Of a DNA stretch of 64,000 nt, positions 62,727-64,000 are shown in pieces. The DNA is taken from the NCBI GenBank assembly GCA_963719945.1, contig CAVRDX010000004.1:64001-128000 (forward strand), written 5' to 3'. The stretch is from an uncultured Thermoplasmata archaeon (GTDB taxonomy: Archaea > Thermoplasmatota > Thermoplasmata > UBA10834). A program made the translations under genes and the position numbers. Position 1 is the first letter of the stretch; every line of letters starts with the position of its first letter. The notes beneath the pieces are model-generated. The model did not search any database and was not told where the DNA came from. It saw nothing but the letters and a program-made list of their open reading frames with translations.

Positions 62727-62788
62727 TGCCACGATGACGAAAGAATTCCTGCTGACATAATGATGAAAGACGGGCGATCGGAGTGGCA
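62727..62788 (+). ncRNA. C/D-box sRNA, predicted guide for 16S Cm1402 (E. coli numbering)
   Basis: Terminal stem TGCCAC/GTGGCA; box C ACGATGA, D' CTGA, C' ATGATGA, D CGGA; D guide GACGGGCG is complementary to the conserved CGCCCGUC. Confidence 0.7.
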
Positions 62789-62846
62789 GAGCTGGGCATC
62801 ATGAGATGCCCATGTTCGGGAATCGGAAAACGGGATGGAAGGTTGC

Positions 62847-63281
62847 ATGGTCACAGGATTTGACTACCTGAGCCACGACTCTGCTTTGCGAGAGCACTGG
62901 CTGAAACGCTTCATAGCCATTGTGATAGATTTCGCCATAGTCTACACACCCATATGGATCATCTGGGTGGCTCTCGGCCTGCCGATGCTATTTCCAGGCT
63001 ACTTCGCTGGTGTCGCGCTGTTCGCATATTCATTCCTCTTCGAATCCACGATCGGAGGGACTGTCGGAAAGATTATAGTCCACATGAAGGCGGTCCCTAT
63101 CCACGGGTCCATGTCCCCGTCTCAGGCACTGATAAGGAACTTCACCAAAGTGTTCCCGGTATTCCTCATCCTCGATTGGATCATCGGGATGGCGGTCGAC
63201 ACGAATGACCCGAGACAGAAATGGACGGACCATGTAGCGCACACGGCGGTCATAGTCTTCGACCATCCGAGAGCGCCTTGA
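62847..63281 (+). CDS. RDD family membrane protein
   Basis: KRFIAIVID, GGTVGK, LIRN, RQKWTDHVAHT. Confidence 0.85.
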   Translation: MVTGFDYLSHDSALREHWLKRFIAIVIDFAIVYTPIWIIWVALGLPMLFPGYFAGVALFAYSFLFESTIGGTVGKIIVHMKAVPIHGSMSPSQALIRNFTKVFPVFLILDWIIGMAVDTNDPRQKWTDHVAHTAVIVFDHPRAP

Positions 63282-63285
63282 GCAA

Positions 63286-63525
63286 CTATTCGGCAAGGCT
63301 CCAAAGCCAGCCCCTCTTCTCGTGAGATACTTCCCCGCGTATCAATCCCTTGCTGCGCATCTTCGCAAGGAATATCACAGTCTGGTCAGGGCACCTCTTC
63401 TTCTGATCGGCCGCGAGTGTCTCGATCTCCATGGTCATCAACGGTCCATTGGAGCGCAAGAGTGAGATAATGAATGACTCCGCATCGGAGGGGGTCATAG
63501 CAACGGTCGAATCGCCGGGATCCAT
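63286..63525 (-). CDS. small winged-helix protein
   Basis: IISLLRSNGPL…FLAKMRSKGLI…WLW pattern. Confidence 0.6.
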   Translation of the reverse strand: MDPGDSTVAMTPSDAESFIISLLRSNGPLMTMEIETLAADQKKRCPDQTVIFLAKMRSKGLIRGEVSHEKRGWLWSLAE

Positions 63526-63662
63526 TGGACCCCTCATGCGTGTGGCGGTTAATCCCAATTGCCATGTGGGTTGAGTGGCGAGACGTGCAGGATGATGAAG
63601 AACAAGAGAAATATTAGAAAAGGAAGGGGTTTGTCTCAAACCGACCCGCTCAACGGTTTCGT

Positions 63663-64000
63663 CTAACCGGTGAATGATGTGTGGGTCATTTCGCTCGATG
63701 TTGGCGAGTACATCAAGGTCACCGTGTAGGTGCTTGTGCTCGTGAACGAACCTGCGGTCATGGTGAGTGAGTCACCATAGTTCGCATATCCGTTACCTGC
63801 CAGATCGGTTATGTTCAGCCAGACTACGAGAGTTCCAAGAGTCTTGGATGCGTAGTTGTGCTTGATAACCTCTCCGCCATCGAGATCTTCGGTAGTGATG
63901 TTAATCCAGTTCACGTTGTTCGATCCATCGGTCAACAGAACGCTAACGTCACTCCAGAGAGTATCTATGCTCACAGCTGCCAAAGACAACTTGACCCCAT
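63663..64000 (-). CDS. C-terminal part of a secreted/pilin-like protein (5' end outside the window)
   Basis: Frame is open to the window edge; Thr/Ser-rich, with DLAGNG…GD…YTVTLMY resembling Thermoplasmata pilin C-termini. Confidence 0.55.
   Translation of the reverse strand, partial: GVKLSLAAVSIDTLWSDVSVLLTDGSNNVNWINITTEDLDGGEVIKHNYASKTLGTLVVWLNITDLAGNGYANYGDSLTMTAGSFTSTSTYTVTLMYSPTSSEMTHTSFTG

Overview
Archaeal chromosomal segment. Gene content points to Thermoplasmatota, probably an anaerobic, peptide-using relative of Methanomassiliicoccales (inference from MCM, NMD3, Tsr3 and DUF424 together with gyrase, HdrA, clostripain and zinc-ribbon/KaiC proteins). It holds about 45 CDS, 3 tRNAs (two with bulge-helix-bulge introns, one in the D-loop) and one probable C/D-box sRNA. 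No CRISPR array or mobile element was seen. The most striking region is 20-48 kb. It carries two KaiC-like ATPases, a two-ATPase type IV pilus locus, several zinc-ribbon/coiled-coil proteins, gyrB-gyrA, an ORB-bearing candidate replication origin with no adjacent orc1/cdc6, and a protein in which an intact bacterial DnaA-type AAA+ module without its DNA-binding parts is fused between a DUF2226/PATAN-like domain and a DUF835 (KaiC-derived) domain. Other highlights: a DRE-TIM synthase + LeuCD-like + NADP-isocitrate dehydrogenase operon that may be a non-canonical route to 2-oxoglutarate, with a structured leader; an orphan HdrA fused to a cysteine-less MvhD; and a 39-aa desulforedoxin missed by the ORF track. 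All family assignments come from motif recognition by eye; no searches were run.
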